From Podarcis pityusensis (lineage: Eukaryota): a DNA stretch of 64,000 nt. The notes below the pieces were generated by a model. The model made no database searches, was not told the origin of the DNA, and worked only from the letters and a program-made list of their open reading frames with translations. A program made the translations under genes and the position numbers. The stretch lies in NCBI GenBank assembly GCA_964106645.2, contig OZ067048.1. The stretch is one strand, 5' to 3'. Of the stretch, positions 1 through 12,106 are shown one piece after another. Within the stretch, counting starts at the first letter, position 1. Each line of letters opens with the position of its first letter.

Positions 1-267
1 CTCAGCTAAAGTTCAGGTTGTTGGTATATAAAAATTAGGGATTGTGTAAATTTGACTGCCTTCTAAAGCCTGCTTTAAGCTGTCTTAATTTTCTTCTATT
101 TCCGTTATGAAGTTGCATTTGTATTGTGCTATGGTATGTTCATGACTTGGGGATTTTGTTACAAAAAATGCTGGTGATATATAACTTCATTGAATTAGGA
201 AAACGTCACTTGTGGGTTTTTTTGTTTTGTACAAAAGGTAATCACAGATTTTGTTTCCATCCTCTAG

Positions 268-421
268 ATTTGCAGCTAAAACGGTGCATAGTGGGTCACT
301 GCTGCTAGTCACAGTGGAGATGAAAGAAGGGTCTACAGCACAGCTCATCATAAACACCGAGAAAACCGTGATTGGCTCTATTCTACTGCGGGAGCTGAAG
401 CCTGTCCTGTCCCAGGGGTAA
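268..421 (+). CDS. AP3B1: Terminal coding exon of AP-3 complex subunit beta-1
   Basis: Pyrimidine tract and acceptor (ttttgtttccatcctctag, AG at 266-267), then phase-2 frame (R)FAAKTVHSGSLLLVTVEMKEGSTAQLIINTEKTVIGSILLRELKPVLSQG with TAA at 419-421. This matches the recalled vertebrate AP3B1 C-terminus (..FAAKTVHSGSLMLVTVELKEGSTAQLIINTEKTVIGSVLLRELKPVLSQG). It is absent from the ORF track because it is a spliced exon. Confidence 0.96.
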
Positions 422-1040
422 CCTGCTTACATCTGGACTTCAGAATCTGGCACACAACAAAAGTGCCTGGCATCCACTACTGCTGCCTTTCATTTATAAT
501 AATAGCCTTTCCATCTGGCAGTGGGGGAAGAATACACTCTTGACATTCTTGTCTCCTGTTTTAGAATGCTATAGTGTGCATCTATCACACACAAGCAAGT
601 ACTTCGCATCTTTCCCCCTTGCTTTTTAACCAAAGAAACATGTACTTTACTGTCAGCTAAATTCATAAATGTTATCTACAAGGTGTTTTTCCTAGCCTCA
701 TACTCTTTCTGCTTTCCTCATTTTCATGTTTAGTTTTCTCTCATGAAAACAATAAAAGACTGAGGAATAAGGTACTGGGGAAAAATCAGCTTAATCAGAA
801 CACTAAAATAAAATTCAAGGAAATCAATATGGAAAACACCTTCACAGTGTTGATTGTACTGGAGTGTTTGAGAGAGATAAAATTTTGCAGTTTTTATATC
901 CCAGAGACTATTTGCTTCTGTACTTGAGCATATATTTGTATCTAATCGTTCCTCATGGCTGCCATAATTTTCTAAAAATTGAGATTCTAATAAAGTCATG
1001 TTATGATAAATTTGTTTTCTTCTGAGAGCTATTAAAAACA
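422..1040 (+). other. AP3B1: AP3B1 3' UTR (3' boundary uncertain)
   Basis: Follows the stop codon. Candidate poly(A) hexamers are AATAAA at 751-756, 807-812 and 989-994 and ATTAAA at 1031-1036; which one is used cannot be told from DNA. Confidence 0.6.
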
Positions 1041-1304
1041 AAATTTCTATTACAACTTGATTATTACTTGAGAACCTCAGTGTTGAAATTCTACTTTTTA
1101 GAAAGCCTCAAAAATTGCAATGAGTTTCATTAGTCAACTTATTACAGACTTAATTCTAGATTTACATCATAGGTGATGGGTTTGGGAAATGTGTCTATTC
1201 TGTCCAGTGTAACATGTAAGTGATCACACCACCTTTCTTCTGCATTATCATTTGGTTACAGAATTTAGCTTTATGCAGCAGCTTCTCTATACTAGAGAAG
1301 AAAT

Positions 1305-1380
1305 GAGGATTCTGTGGCACTTTAGGGACAGTCAATTTATTGTATCTTCCATGGTCAATAGCCTACTCATCCAATACATA
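1305..1380 (-). mobile_element. Degenerate Penelope-like terminal-repeat fragment
   Basis: tctgtggcactttagggac..aatttatt is the reverse complement of the ..taaggtgccacaaga.. motif seen at 10095-10229. Confidence 0.4.
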
Positions 1381-4099
1381 AAGTAGACTAGAGAGGTTTG
1401 TGCTCGTGTGAGTTTAAAAACTGCTTAGAGAGAGAATTTGTTTTGTATCTAAAGGTCACAGAGCTCACTCTGATCGCTGGAACACTAACAACACATATAC
1501 TGTATAGTCAGAGGAGACCGTGTAAGGTTTATTAAGAGAAAGTCACTAATATTCAAATACTATTAAATTATTTAAAAATCCCAGTTATGCAGTTCGTGTT
1601 CCAACAAGCTATCCATGGTTCAGAACTGGTTTATATATCTTGCCTTTTTAGTAGGTCTCCATTTTACTACTCTGGAACTACCCCATTTGGCCAATGTACG
1701 TTGTTCAAGGTCAGTTGATAAAGGAAGTTATATGACAATCATGAGAATGTATCCTTGATATCATGTCTGATTTTATTGGGTTCTGTAATGGTTTTGCTAA
1801 AGCACATAAATCTATATGGTATAATTCTGTTGAATGGTCCACTAGTGAGTAACTGTTTCAGTGTCTCATTTAAGGCCAGATTTAGACAACATTTTTCATA
1901 TTGACTGCAGATTATTTAAGATGCAATTTGTATATAAGCTAGAGGCATAGAAGTAAACATAGTAGTGAAGTGGGCATGGTACTGCATTCAACCAATTTTT
2001 ATAAATACAGGCATTGGCTCCATACAGGTTACATGGCAAAGTAGTCACTCCGTTATAGCACAGAACAAAGAATTACTGTAACTTCTACCCTGCGGACAGT
2101 ACCCACTCAACATATTCTGAAAATCCAACCTCAGTGCCAACTAACTATCTGGAGATCACTAAGCTTCCCTAAAAGAGGAGGTGGGTAGCTAAGACACTGC
2201 AAATATTCATTTATATATTTTATGTTGGGTTTAAAAAATGCAAAAAGAGGAGGAGGAGGAGAGAGAAGTTGGAAGAAAATGAAAAGATGCCTAGAGAAAA
2301 TATAAACATTATAATTTTGACCCAATTGGAATTACAAATATCTGGATGGAAAAGAGTCAGAGAGACTATGATAGTACTATCTCTTCTTGAGTTTAGAAAG
2401 TTTAGTTAGAAAGCCATTGGGATCACTCATGATGGTTTAGGAAGACCCACATCAAACTGAAAAATGTGGTTGCTTAAGCAATGCCCATTCATTCAATGGT
2501 CCTAGAGAGCTTCATTTATTTGCCAAGAGTTTTGACCTAACAGGTAAAATATGAAAAGTTTTTTACTCCATCTCTGGAAATTCCTAGCTATTATGCAAGC
2601 CCAAGTTACCACAATATAGAAAAGTCCTGTAAGTAAGTTTCAATTTTTATTCTGTGATAGTGATTCACAGTGATGCCTAAAAGTTCTGGTTTTGCTGAAG
2701 CTCACTTTTATTACTCGCCTAAATGTGTTTTTCAGTTTTCAAATACAAGGAAGATTGTATTCATTGCTACATAAATCACTTATTTTTTTAAGAGGTAGAA
2801 AATATTAGCAAAAGAATAATACGAATGTGGTTGAATGAGTAAAATGAATACATTTTAGATACCCTTTTCTACTCTTTTCCTTTAATGAGAGAGTATCTTT
2901 AAAAGTTCATTATCATATGCAGCTGAATGAGGTGTGTGCTGCGAGTAGTTTGCTGACCTGATTGCAATCCAATGTAAATTCAAAATACAATAATAATTTC
3001 TGTGAAGCACACATATTTCACTCAAAAGTACTGTATGCATTCAAATTACACCCTGAGGTAACATAAAATAGTTGCATCTATTATGAATCCTAATTTTTGG
3101 GAGAACTAAATTTGAATTCCCAAATCTATTATCTGCCACAGTTAAATGGGAGAAAGACTCAGATTAATCAATTTGGATAATGTGTTTTAATTAGGGCAAA
3201 TGTTTCCTGTTTTAAAAATGTGAATGTAAATGTTGATATTTTAAAACATGCTTGGCTACACTTTAATTCTTTATTGTGGTTAGTTTATTGGATAAGCAGC
3301 ACATTTAAAAATACTATTTTAAATTTCATAGTACTGTTTCATAAGCAAAACAAGATTGGTCCCTGCCCACAGACAGCTTAAAATCAGGAGTTGCAGTAAC
3401 TGACTGAATGTCCTTAGGACTAAAAAGTCTGCAAGCTATATGAATCTCACCTGATCCCAAACAAAACTATCTGTGTTCCAGCAGAAGGAGCTGGTACAGC
3501 ATTTGGAAATATGATTGGCCAATCTAATAAAAATATTAGGGCCAAGAGACTTTTGGAATTCTATATGGTGCTGCTGTTTTAGAGTTTGAAATTGAGTGAT
3601 AGAAGACAGAACAGGAACAACTGCAGTAATGAGTCTAGTATAGCCAGGTTCTTGACTAAGAGTAAGATAATGTAAAAGCATGTGGTGATTACTTGTACAT
3701 CTTGGGACTATATGCCCCAGTTGCCCAGGAGCACAAATTCTGGGCACAAGGAACTGTGTGGCTACCCCCAGGCTATAACTTCCCCTAACGCTTGCTATCT
3801 GGCCTGCCACTTTCAATCACAGGGTGAAACATTTTCTATACAACTTTAACATGCTTTCCTTGAGGTATTTCAAGCTAAGACTGAAGCCCAAAGAAGCCTC
3901 TTTTACCTTGTGCTTGATGCTTGTGCAAAGCCAAGAGCAGCAGTGGTTTGAGGGCCTACCAGCTTAGAATTGCCTAAAGGGTGCTTAAAAGAACATACAG
4001 AACACTTAATATAGGTTCTCTACACTTGTTTATTTTCTCACACAAAAAGCCAAGAATAAGCCGCAAATACCTGCACCCTCCCTTAGAATCATAGAATCA

Positions 4100-5130
4100 T
4101 ATTACATCGCCACCAAAGTACACCACATAATCCCATATATTCTAGAAGATGAGACGAAACAGTGGGTCCACTTGGAGAGAGACACCATTGAAAACACCCC
4201 CACAACAGCATAACTACTTTTCCAAAACAAACTAAATAAAATCCCCACAACACTAAACAGCTTCATGCAGTTCACGCTTAAAGCATGGAACGGAAAAGCA
4301 GGCAAACTGTGCCCAGCCCCACTAACACCCGTGGCTCACCACCCACTATTCCAACACACAGCACAAAACCTCCAGATAAAAACCTGGCAAGCCAAAGGTC
4401 TACACCATCTAAAAAACAACAAACCCATACTGACACAAGAAATACAAGACAAATTTGGGGACACCCAAATACCCTGGCTAACACCTTCTTAAACAATACA
4501 GCAGTACCTCCACATGTGGGGGAATGCTCCAAAATCCAACCCTTTGGACAGCAGTCCTACAAGAGATATGCAAAATAACTAAACAGGTATTGGGAGCCAC
4601 CCCAGAACTGGCCCTACTGAACATTTTCCAAGATCATAACGAACACTCACATTATAAAGAGCTTATAAACCACCTACTCTCAGCAGCCAGAAGCCTCATA
4701 GCCAGACAATGGAGAGACCTGTCTGAAGTGAACATGGACCACTGGTACCAAGTTGTATGGGAAACAGCTTTACCAGAAAAGCTAACCAATGGACTGAAAC
4801 TGACACACAGACAAATAGAAGAGGATGCCTTCACTCCAGTATGGCTCCCCTTTATCGCATACACAGCCCAACAAGAACCCACCAATACTATATGAATCAA
4901 TATGGCTTACTTGACCCAACAAACCCCACCCCCTCACAAATACAAACAAACCTCACTACAGCCAACCACAACCAACCAACCCCACCTTGGGCTCCTCCAA
5001 TCCCTCTCACTACCAAGGAAATGTAACAAGTGAATAGAAAGAGAACCTATCCAGTTGATGCTGACACAAAATCCCACATGTACACTATAAAAAAGAGAGT
5101 AAGTTGCACCCCCCTTCTCCCCTTTATTTT
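4100..5130 (+). mobile_element. L1-clade LINE 3' fragment (ORF2 C-terminal region plus 3' UTR), internally deleted
   Basis: A/C-rich strand. Frames encode ..QWVHLE.., ..KTWQAKGLHHL.., YLHMWGECSKIQP(F)WTAVLQEICKIT and HLLSAARSLIARQWR..W.QVVWE, typical of the L1 ORF2 Cys-rich C-terminus. Stops and frameshifts are present. Confidence 0.85.
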
Positions 5131-5464
5131 TCTTCGCTGCCTTTAGAGCATCAATACTCTGTTCCATAGTTCAGAGTGTGAACATTTTTCATGTATAGCC
5201 TGCTGCTTTATACAAGGTACTGTGAATTTGGAGGTACTAAAGCATTGGCAGAAAATTTATATCTCTGGTCCCTTTCTAAAACAACAAAGAGCTATCATTA
5301 TAATACAGCAGCAGCAAGTCTTCCTGAGTTTCCTAAATTGGAAACAAGCTATCTCCACAAATGCAATGTAGATCAGTGAGATTCTCTGCCCTACGGCATT
5401 CTAGCTACTATAAGGCTGCAGGAAAGAAGCAGGCAGTCACACTCTTGAAGTACCCCAAGACTTG

Positions 5465-5810
5465 ATTTATTACTTGTTATATTTACACCTCACTTTTCCA
5501 TTTAAAAAATGGGCAAGTCAACAATAAAATCTACAATAAAAAATAACTAATATACAAAAACAGGTAAGCCACAAGAAAATCAGATAAGAGCAGACAGATT
5601 AAGCAGCTAGTTCAAAAACTAGTTTACAAATGCATATTAAAATGCAGAGCAGCAAAACAAAGCAAGTCAGCCCAGCGGGCCAAATGTTTAAATAAAAAGC
5701 CTTTGCCTATGTGTGAAAGGCTGTCAACAAGAGGGCTAGATGAAGCTTTCTCATAAACTGCTCCAAAGATTAGGTTTGGCCACTGAGAAGGCCCTTCCTC
5801 AAGTACATTT
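5465..5810 (-). mobile_element. Old L2-like LINE 3' end (degenerate)
   Basis: tttattatt..atatttacacctcacttttcc tail-like start and ggccactgagaaggccct motif resemble the reverse strand of squamate L2 3' ends. Confidence 0.4.
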
Positions 5811-6377
5811 CAGATGATACAGAAAGAAAGGCCAATGGATGAGAATTGGGCAGATTGAAAGCTGAGCCCATGCACATGCAGTCTGGCTGTCAAAAGGCAA
5901 CCAGGAGAAGGCAATCCATTATTTTTGGAAACTTCAGTTACTCCTTTGGAAAGGTATGGAGACATTTAATCTGTTCTTCGTGTTGCTTCATCCAACTGTT
6001 GACTGCCCTACCTTTAAACCCTCTCTGGTATTTTGCTGGAGTCTTCTGAAAGTGTGAAAGCTTCCTCAGCTAGTCCAGCTCTGAAATCTTCCCTTTTTAG
6101 CACTTCATTGCTTTTTCAGAAGCCCAGCTCCACCAGCTGCTGGACTGTTTCCTCTCCATACGCTGAGTTTGTTTTAGGAGACAGAAGCACTTCTCTATAG
6201 TATAGTAAAATGTCCATTGAAAAACTAGTTTTAAGGCACCAGAATCTTGGCAGCTCAGCATCATGAGGTTTGATGCTGAAGAGCTTGAAATGGAGTTACT
6301 AGAATTTAGGACCTTTGCTTCATTTTGAAGAAAGAGTTGACTTATACGCTGAATGATTAAAAAGTGTCTTACTAGAT

Positions 6378-6490
6378 CAGCCTTCTCCAAACTGGTGCCC
6401 TCCAAATGCCTCAGACAATGTGGTCAATGGCTGGAACTAATCAGAGTTGCAGTGTAAGACACCTGGAGGGCACCAGGTTGAGGAAGTGAG
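6378..6490. mobile_element. Short palindromic hAT-type MITE (common squamate family)
   Basis: Inverted arms ctggtgccctcca / tggagggcaccag. Confidence 0.6.
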
Positions 6491-7532
6491 CTGGATAAGC
6501 AAGCACAGCTTGTACTGTGCTTCCATATACCTCAGAATACCAGAGGTGATCTCCAAAATTCATTTATACAGCAATTCTATGAAACCTTGCCAACAATCCT
6601 CTTTGGATGTATGCACTGGCAAGGAAAAGGATTATCCTATAAATTATTATGAACTCTACCTGAGCCCATTATTTCGTTAACAAGGTTTCTATATGTAATT
6701 AACTTTCCTGTTAGTGAAGAACCTTGTTACCAGTTGAGTAATAAGCTAATGTTTATTAAATATTTAATTGGCCAGTAATAGGTTATTTTCTCTGGCCAAT
6801 TGTATCACAACTGGGTAGGGTCTGTTATTATCACTGGCCCTTCTTGTGACTTCTCTTTTAAATTGTTACTTGGCCCTGAGTCTTAGGAATAGTGAAAACA
6901 ATAAAAACACTGTTTCTATGGAGACTTCTGTAGTCCTTGGTATGGAGCTATGCTGGAAGGATGCACTTGAAATTTCATTTTGCTGAGCCATCCAGGCAAA
7001 ATTATTACAGTGGCCCAAAGTTTCATGGGATAATCAAGGACTTCATGAAGTGGCAGAAGGGTGGTGATCCAACAGGAACACAAAGTGGAAGAGCATCCAT
7101 TTCTGGCAAGGGTACCAGAAATAGCTTTAATAACAGTTTGGAGGATGTAGTGGAGTCAAACTGAATCATCACTTGCCCTATATTGGGAAAGTGACTTGGG
7201 GTGGAGGAAGTGACGTGACATAAAGGATGTAAAACAGGTAATGTATCTGACATTACTGGTGACTGGTGGGCAGGGGAGGGAGTTACAGTCTTCAAGGACA
7301 GGGATAGTAAAGAGGAAGGATAGATTTAGGGAGGGACTAAGCAACCTTATATCAGGTTTTAACAAAAGCAGAAAGCTGTGAACTTCTGGAGAGCTTTATT
7401 TTAAAGCACTGAAAATGTGACCATGTATCTGGAAGGAGTATCTTTCGTCAACCAACAAATTACTACATTTTGAACATACCCAGAAGAGTGTGGACTGATG
7501 ATTTGCTGGTGTGCTTTTTTCACTCTTAAGTA

Positions 7533-7651
7533 CAGGAATGGCAAACCTCCAAACGTTGCTAGATTCCAACACCCATCATACCTGACCAGTGGACATGCTG
7601 GCTGAGGCTGACATAAGGATCAGAGGGAACATCACAGATGCCTCATCCCTG
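7533..7651. mobile_element. Short palindromic hAT-type MITE
   Basis: caggaatgg..catccctg termini with the family-typical core cccatcat..ctgacc..atgctggctg. Confidence 0.6.
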
Positions 7652-8329
7652 CTCTAGTTCAACCACCTGCTGGCATGATTCTGGAGAAACACTTGACCAT
7701 GTTGGTAATTAATTTTTGCATTTCTGTTCAGAGCCCTAAGCTAGTGTAGAGAAGTACTTTGTGTTGAAGTATTTGAGATATTTGTGTTTGAGTGTTTGAG
7801 ACAATCACCTTGTTTTCAAAATATTTAAAACATGAAATCTCAATTAGATGTTTTGAAATCAAAATTGTTGTAATAAAAGGAAAAGAACCATGCACCTTGG
7901 TTCACTACTTACAGCTTGCAATTTTGGAAGCGGATAGACAATTTCTGAATAATCTGTGACCAAAAACCTCTTTTCAGCTTGTACTTGTTATCTGCATAAG
8001 TACTTCTTTAGTTTGCCCGATTAATTTTTTTTAATCAATTTATATATCCCATTAAATATTGCAGCCCTAGTGATTAACTAGAACATACTGATGCAAGGAT
8101 GTATACATAGTTTAAAATGCATTGGTTGGTACGTGGAGCTGAACCATCCTAACTCGGAGCAAATGACTGGATTAGCTAATTGAGCATCAGTTTGTGGATC
8201 CTCAACCAGCCTTGCCTACCTAAGATGAGATGCATCACAACCCTCTTCTGAGAAACCAGCTGAAACGTCCTGATGCTAAAAGCATTATATTAACTTAAAT
8301 GTGGATTCCATATTGCAAGGTAGAGTTAA

Positions 8330-8826
8330 TCATACAATTGTAGAGTTGGAAAGGATTCCAAGGGTAATCTAGCCCAACCCCCTGCAATGCAGGAATCTCA
8401 ACTAAAGCATCCATGACAGGGGATCCAATCTCTGCTTAAAAACTTCCAAGGAACCAGACTCCACAACCTCCCGAGGGAGTCCGTTCTACTTTCTAACAGC
8501 TCTTACTGCCAGAAAGTTCTTCCTGATGTTTAGTCGGAATCTCCTTTCTTGTAACTTGAAGTCATTGGTTCGAGTTCTACCCTCAAAAGCAGGAGAAAAC
8601 AAGCTTACTGCATCTTCCATGTGACAGCCCTTGAGATATTTGAAGATGACTATCACATCTCCTCTCAGTCTCAGTCTCTTTTCCAGGATAAACATACCCA
8701 GCTCTTTCAACCGTTCCTCACAAGGCTTGGTTTCCAGACCTTTGATCATCTTGGTTGCCCTCCTCTGCACATGTTCCAGCTTGTTAACATCCTTCCTAAA
8801 CTGTGGTGCCCAGAATGGGACACAGT
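8330..8826 (-). mobile_element. CR1 LINE 3' fragment
   Basis: Minus-strand peptide [35 protein letters not shown]....FKYLKG..RTR...[15 protein letters not shown] is the CR1 ORF2 C-terminus. The 3' tail reads (revcomp) ttccaactctacaatt. Confidence 0.95.
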
Positions 8827-9238
8827 TTGGCCCTTGCTCTGGAAAAGTGGAGTAGACAAGCCTTTAGCCTCTCACTCTCAAAACAGTGGTGCCTGCCATA
8901 AGATGATATGGTGGCTTCTAGTACAGCTTTCCTGAGTCAGAAATTCATATATATTGCAAAACCCTACTATGGTGTAAGTCCCATCAAGTTCTGCTTTTCG
9001 ACTGTTGTCTCCTAAAAGCACCCTATTGTCATGCTAGTCCATATACTGCTTGTTTGTTTGTTTTGAGAAAGTTAGTTGGCAGCTTAACTTTTCATAATTG
9101 AAAGTCATTCTGATTTCTGCAGTATGGTATAATTGCCTAAAAAGTGTTATTTGGTGATTATGATTCTGGAATGAATTGTGTTCTTTGGGTTCTTGCACCG
9201 TTCCTCCATCAGGGACTTGGTTTCAGTGGTGTGCAGCT

Positions 9239-9370
9239 NNNNNNNNNNNNNNNNNNNNNNNNNNNNNNNNNNNNNNNNNNNNNNNNNNNNNNNNNNNNNN
9301 NNNNNNNNNNNNNNNNNNNNNNNNNNNNNNNNNNNNNNNNNNNNNNNNNNNNNNNNNNNNNNNNNNNNNN
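9239..9370. other. N-run, 132 nt
   Basis: Counted from sequence. Confidence 0.99.
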
Positions 9371-9398
9371 TACTTCAATCCATTTCCAACTGACTCGG

Positions 9399-9602
9399 NN
9401 NNNNNNNNNNNNNNNNNNNNNNNNNNNNNNNNNNNNNNNNNNNNNNNNNNNNNNNNNNNNNNNNNNNNNNNNNNNNNNNNNNNNNNNNNNNNNNNNNNNN
9501 NNNNNNNNNNNNNNNNNNNNNNNNNNNNNNNNNNNNNNNNNNNNNNNNNNNNNNNNNNNNNNNNNNNNNNNNNNNNNNNNNNNNNNNNNNNNNNNNNNNN
9601 NN
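9399..9602. other. N-run, 204 nt (28 nt after the previous run)
   Basis: Counted from sequence. Confidence 0.99.
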
Positions 9603-10036
9603 GCTGTCAGCTCTACGTGTGGAAATGGTCCGTTTCTTCTTTTTAGATGAGATGACATGTCTTTCAGACTTAACCGGCTTATGGCTTTGTTTCACCCATT
9701 TTATTTTATTGCCCCTTCAGAAAATCCCTTGGAGACGGCAAGAGACTAAAGAAGTAAAGCGGAATTGGAAAACACAGTAAAACATCCTGCTCTCAGTGTG
9801 TTATGTACATTTCCCACCCTTGCAATTGCTCATTTACAAACTTGGCCACAAAAATAATGGCTCTGGATATAAAATAGCCCCTAGGCTTTTAACAACAGTG
9901 TTTTAGATCACACCTCAAGAAATGGATGGACAAAAAGCAAGGCTATCTTGGATTCTGTTCTAACTCACATGCACACACCTCTAAATAATGTAAGACTGGT
10001 AGAAATACCCCCCCCCCAAAAAAGAAGCTGCTGCGT

Positions 10037-10038
<2 letters not shown>

Positions 10039-10069
<31 letters not shown>
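10039..10069. repeat. (ATT)n microsatellite
   Basis: About 10 units, direct reading. Confidence 0.95.
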
Positions 10070-10070
<1 letters not shown>

Positions 10071-10094
10071 AAAAGAAGCTCAAGTTAACAATTC

Positions 10095-10229
10095 ATGCAT
10101 CCGATGAAGTAGATTCCAGTCCACAAAACTTTATGCCATAATAGATTTGTTTATCTTGTTCACCTTTAAGGTGCCACAAGACTGTTGTTTTTCAGTGCAA
10201 AAGACTGACACGGCTACCACTCTGGAAAC
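10095..10229 (+). mobile_element. Penelope-like element terminal repeat remnant with degenerate hammerhead core
   Basis: gcatccgatgaagtag..gtccacaaaactttatgccataatag..tttaaggtgccacaagac..gactgacacggctaccactctggaa resembles the widespread reptile PLE terminal repeat. Confidence 0.7.
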
Positions 10230-10574
10230 AATAATAAAGAACAGAAATTGTGTTGCATGTCTTATCTGAAAATGTCAGATATATGATGAAAGAAACATCC
10301 TATATCTCTTTTGTTTAAATGGTATTGTATATTTTACAAAACTTTATTTAACTTGAAATGATGCTACTGTGTGCTGCTCTTAGCCTTTCGAAAAGCCTAG
10401 AATTTATAGAAAGATTGTGAACTAGATTCCAGGGAGAATCTTGAAGAAAGTAAACGTCCCTTTAGGGTTTTTTGGTTTTTTTTTAAAGGCAATGGAAGAA
10501 AATAATAAAGGAGCAGGCTAATAGAAAAAGGTTTATAGTGATATTATACTTCCAAGTTGGTTCTAATTCAAGTT

Positions 10575-10706
10575 NNNNNNNNNNNNNNNNNNNNNNNNNN
10601 NNNNNNNNNNNNNNNNNNNNNNNNNNNNNNNNNNNNNNNNNNNNNNNNNNNNNNNNNNNNNNNNNNNNNNNNNNNNNNNNNNNNNNNNNNNNNNNNNNNN
10701 NNNNNN
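10575..10706. other. N-run, 132 nt
   Basis: Counted from sequence. Confidence 0.99.
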
Positions 10707-11539
10707 GCCCATTATGTCATTAAAGTCTCTGGAGTCTGAAGGGCTCAGGCCTCTCCATTACTTATCAGTGGCATGGGGCAGCATGTGGGGCAAATGTTTA
10801 CACTTCTGCTATAGGTAGTTGTCACCATCATTTATGAATAAGCCTCTCCCCGTTCTGCGGATAAATATATTGTCTGTGTTGGGTATATAATATGAGCAGG
10901 TGTCTCATTTTTTCTCCCATGAGGTGATGATGGCCTTTTGAATTTAGCCAGGACCCCAACTGAGGAATCTTAAGATCAGTTGTCATCTCTGGATGAGTTA
11001 AAACCCCACAACGAGTATTACAGTGATGCTGTGTGTCTGCATGAAAGACAGAGTATATATAAATATATTCATATACGCATTCACAAAATCCACAAGTTGT
11101 CTGGTCCAAAAAACCTTTAAGGCTGCAATAGGTTAAATCCACCTTCATCTCTTGAGTGGCTGCTGCAGGAACTGAAAGTACCAAAACAGAACACTTAGTC
11201 CCAAAATGTTTAGTTGTCTGCAGATGTACATAAAGTTCGACAGATGTCTACAAGTGAAAACATTACATCTGAATGGATCATTCACCTTAGTCGCAGTTAA
11301 TCCTCTCAACATTTTTCAAGAAATATTACCTTAGCTCATGAGTTCACAATGGAGTAAGTTGCTTGGATGAACCACAAGCGAAATATACACATGCATGTGC
11401 ATCTATTGAAGAGCCTGTTCCTGGACAATCTATGTTGTATCAGTAGAACTTAGTGTACATCCATGTTGTTTATTCCACCTTCTGATAGTCTGGATTTTAT
11501 CTCTGTGTTATCTCTGACATACTGTTTAGTTTCTAAAAA

Positions 11540-12106
11540 TTGTTGTTGTTTAGTCATTTAGTCGTGACCGACTCTTCGTGACCCCATGGACTAGAGCACG
11601 CCAGGCACTCCTGGCTCCCACTGCCTCCCTCAGCTTGGTCAGATTCATGTTTGTAGCTTCGAGAACGCTGTCCAACCATCTCATCCTGTCGTCCCCTTCT
11701 TCTTGTGCCCTCCATCTTTCCCAACATCAGGGTCTTTTCCAGGGAGTCTTCTCTTCTCATGAGGTGGCCAAAGTATTGGAGCCTCAGCTTCACGATCTGT
11801 CCTTCCAGTGAGCACTCGGGGCTGATTTCCTTAAGAATGGATACGTTTGATCTTCTTGTAGTCCATGGGACTCTCAAGAGTCTCCTTCAGCACCATAATT
11901 CAAAAGCATCAATTCTTCGGCGATCAGCCTTCTTGATGGTCCAGCTCTCACTTCTATACATCACTACTGGGAAAACCATGGCTTTAACTATACGGACCTT
12001 TGTTGGCAAGGTGATGTCTCTGCTTTTTAAGATGCTGTCTAGGTTTGCCATCGCCTTTCTCCCAAGGAGCAGGCGTCTTTTAATTTCGTGACTGCTGTCA
12101 CCATCT
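11540..12106 (-). mobile_element. RTE-BovB LINE, 5'-truncated
   Basis: Minus-strand peptide RVPWTTRRSNVSILKEISPECSLEGQIVKLRLQYFGHLMRREDSLEKTLMLGKMEGTRRRGR, (CAA)n tail (ttgttgttg at ~11540), and probable TSD agtttctaaaa at 11528-11538 and 12113-12123. Confidence 0.95.

Noticed and set aside
126-308. 60-aa ORF overlapping the AP3B1 exon
   Set aside because: Wrong frame and starts in the intron; the real exon is 268-421.
5900-6405. Possible processed pseudogene (102-aa ORF on minus)
   Set aside because: No recognisable homology, poly(A) or TSD.
11705-12091. 128-aa plus-strand ORF (and 41787-42188 on minus)
   Set aside because: Antisense frames of BovB copies.
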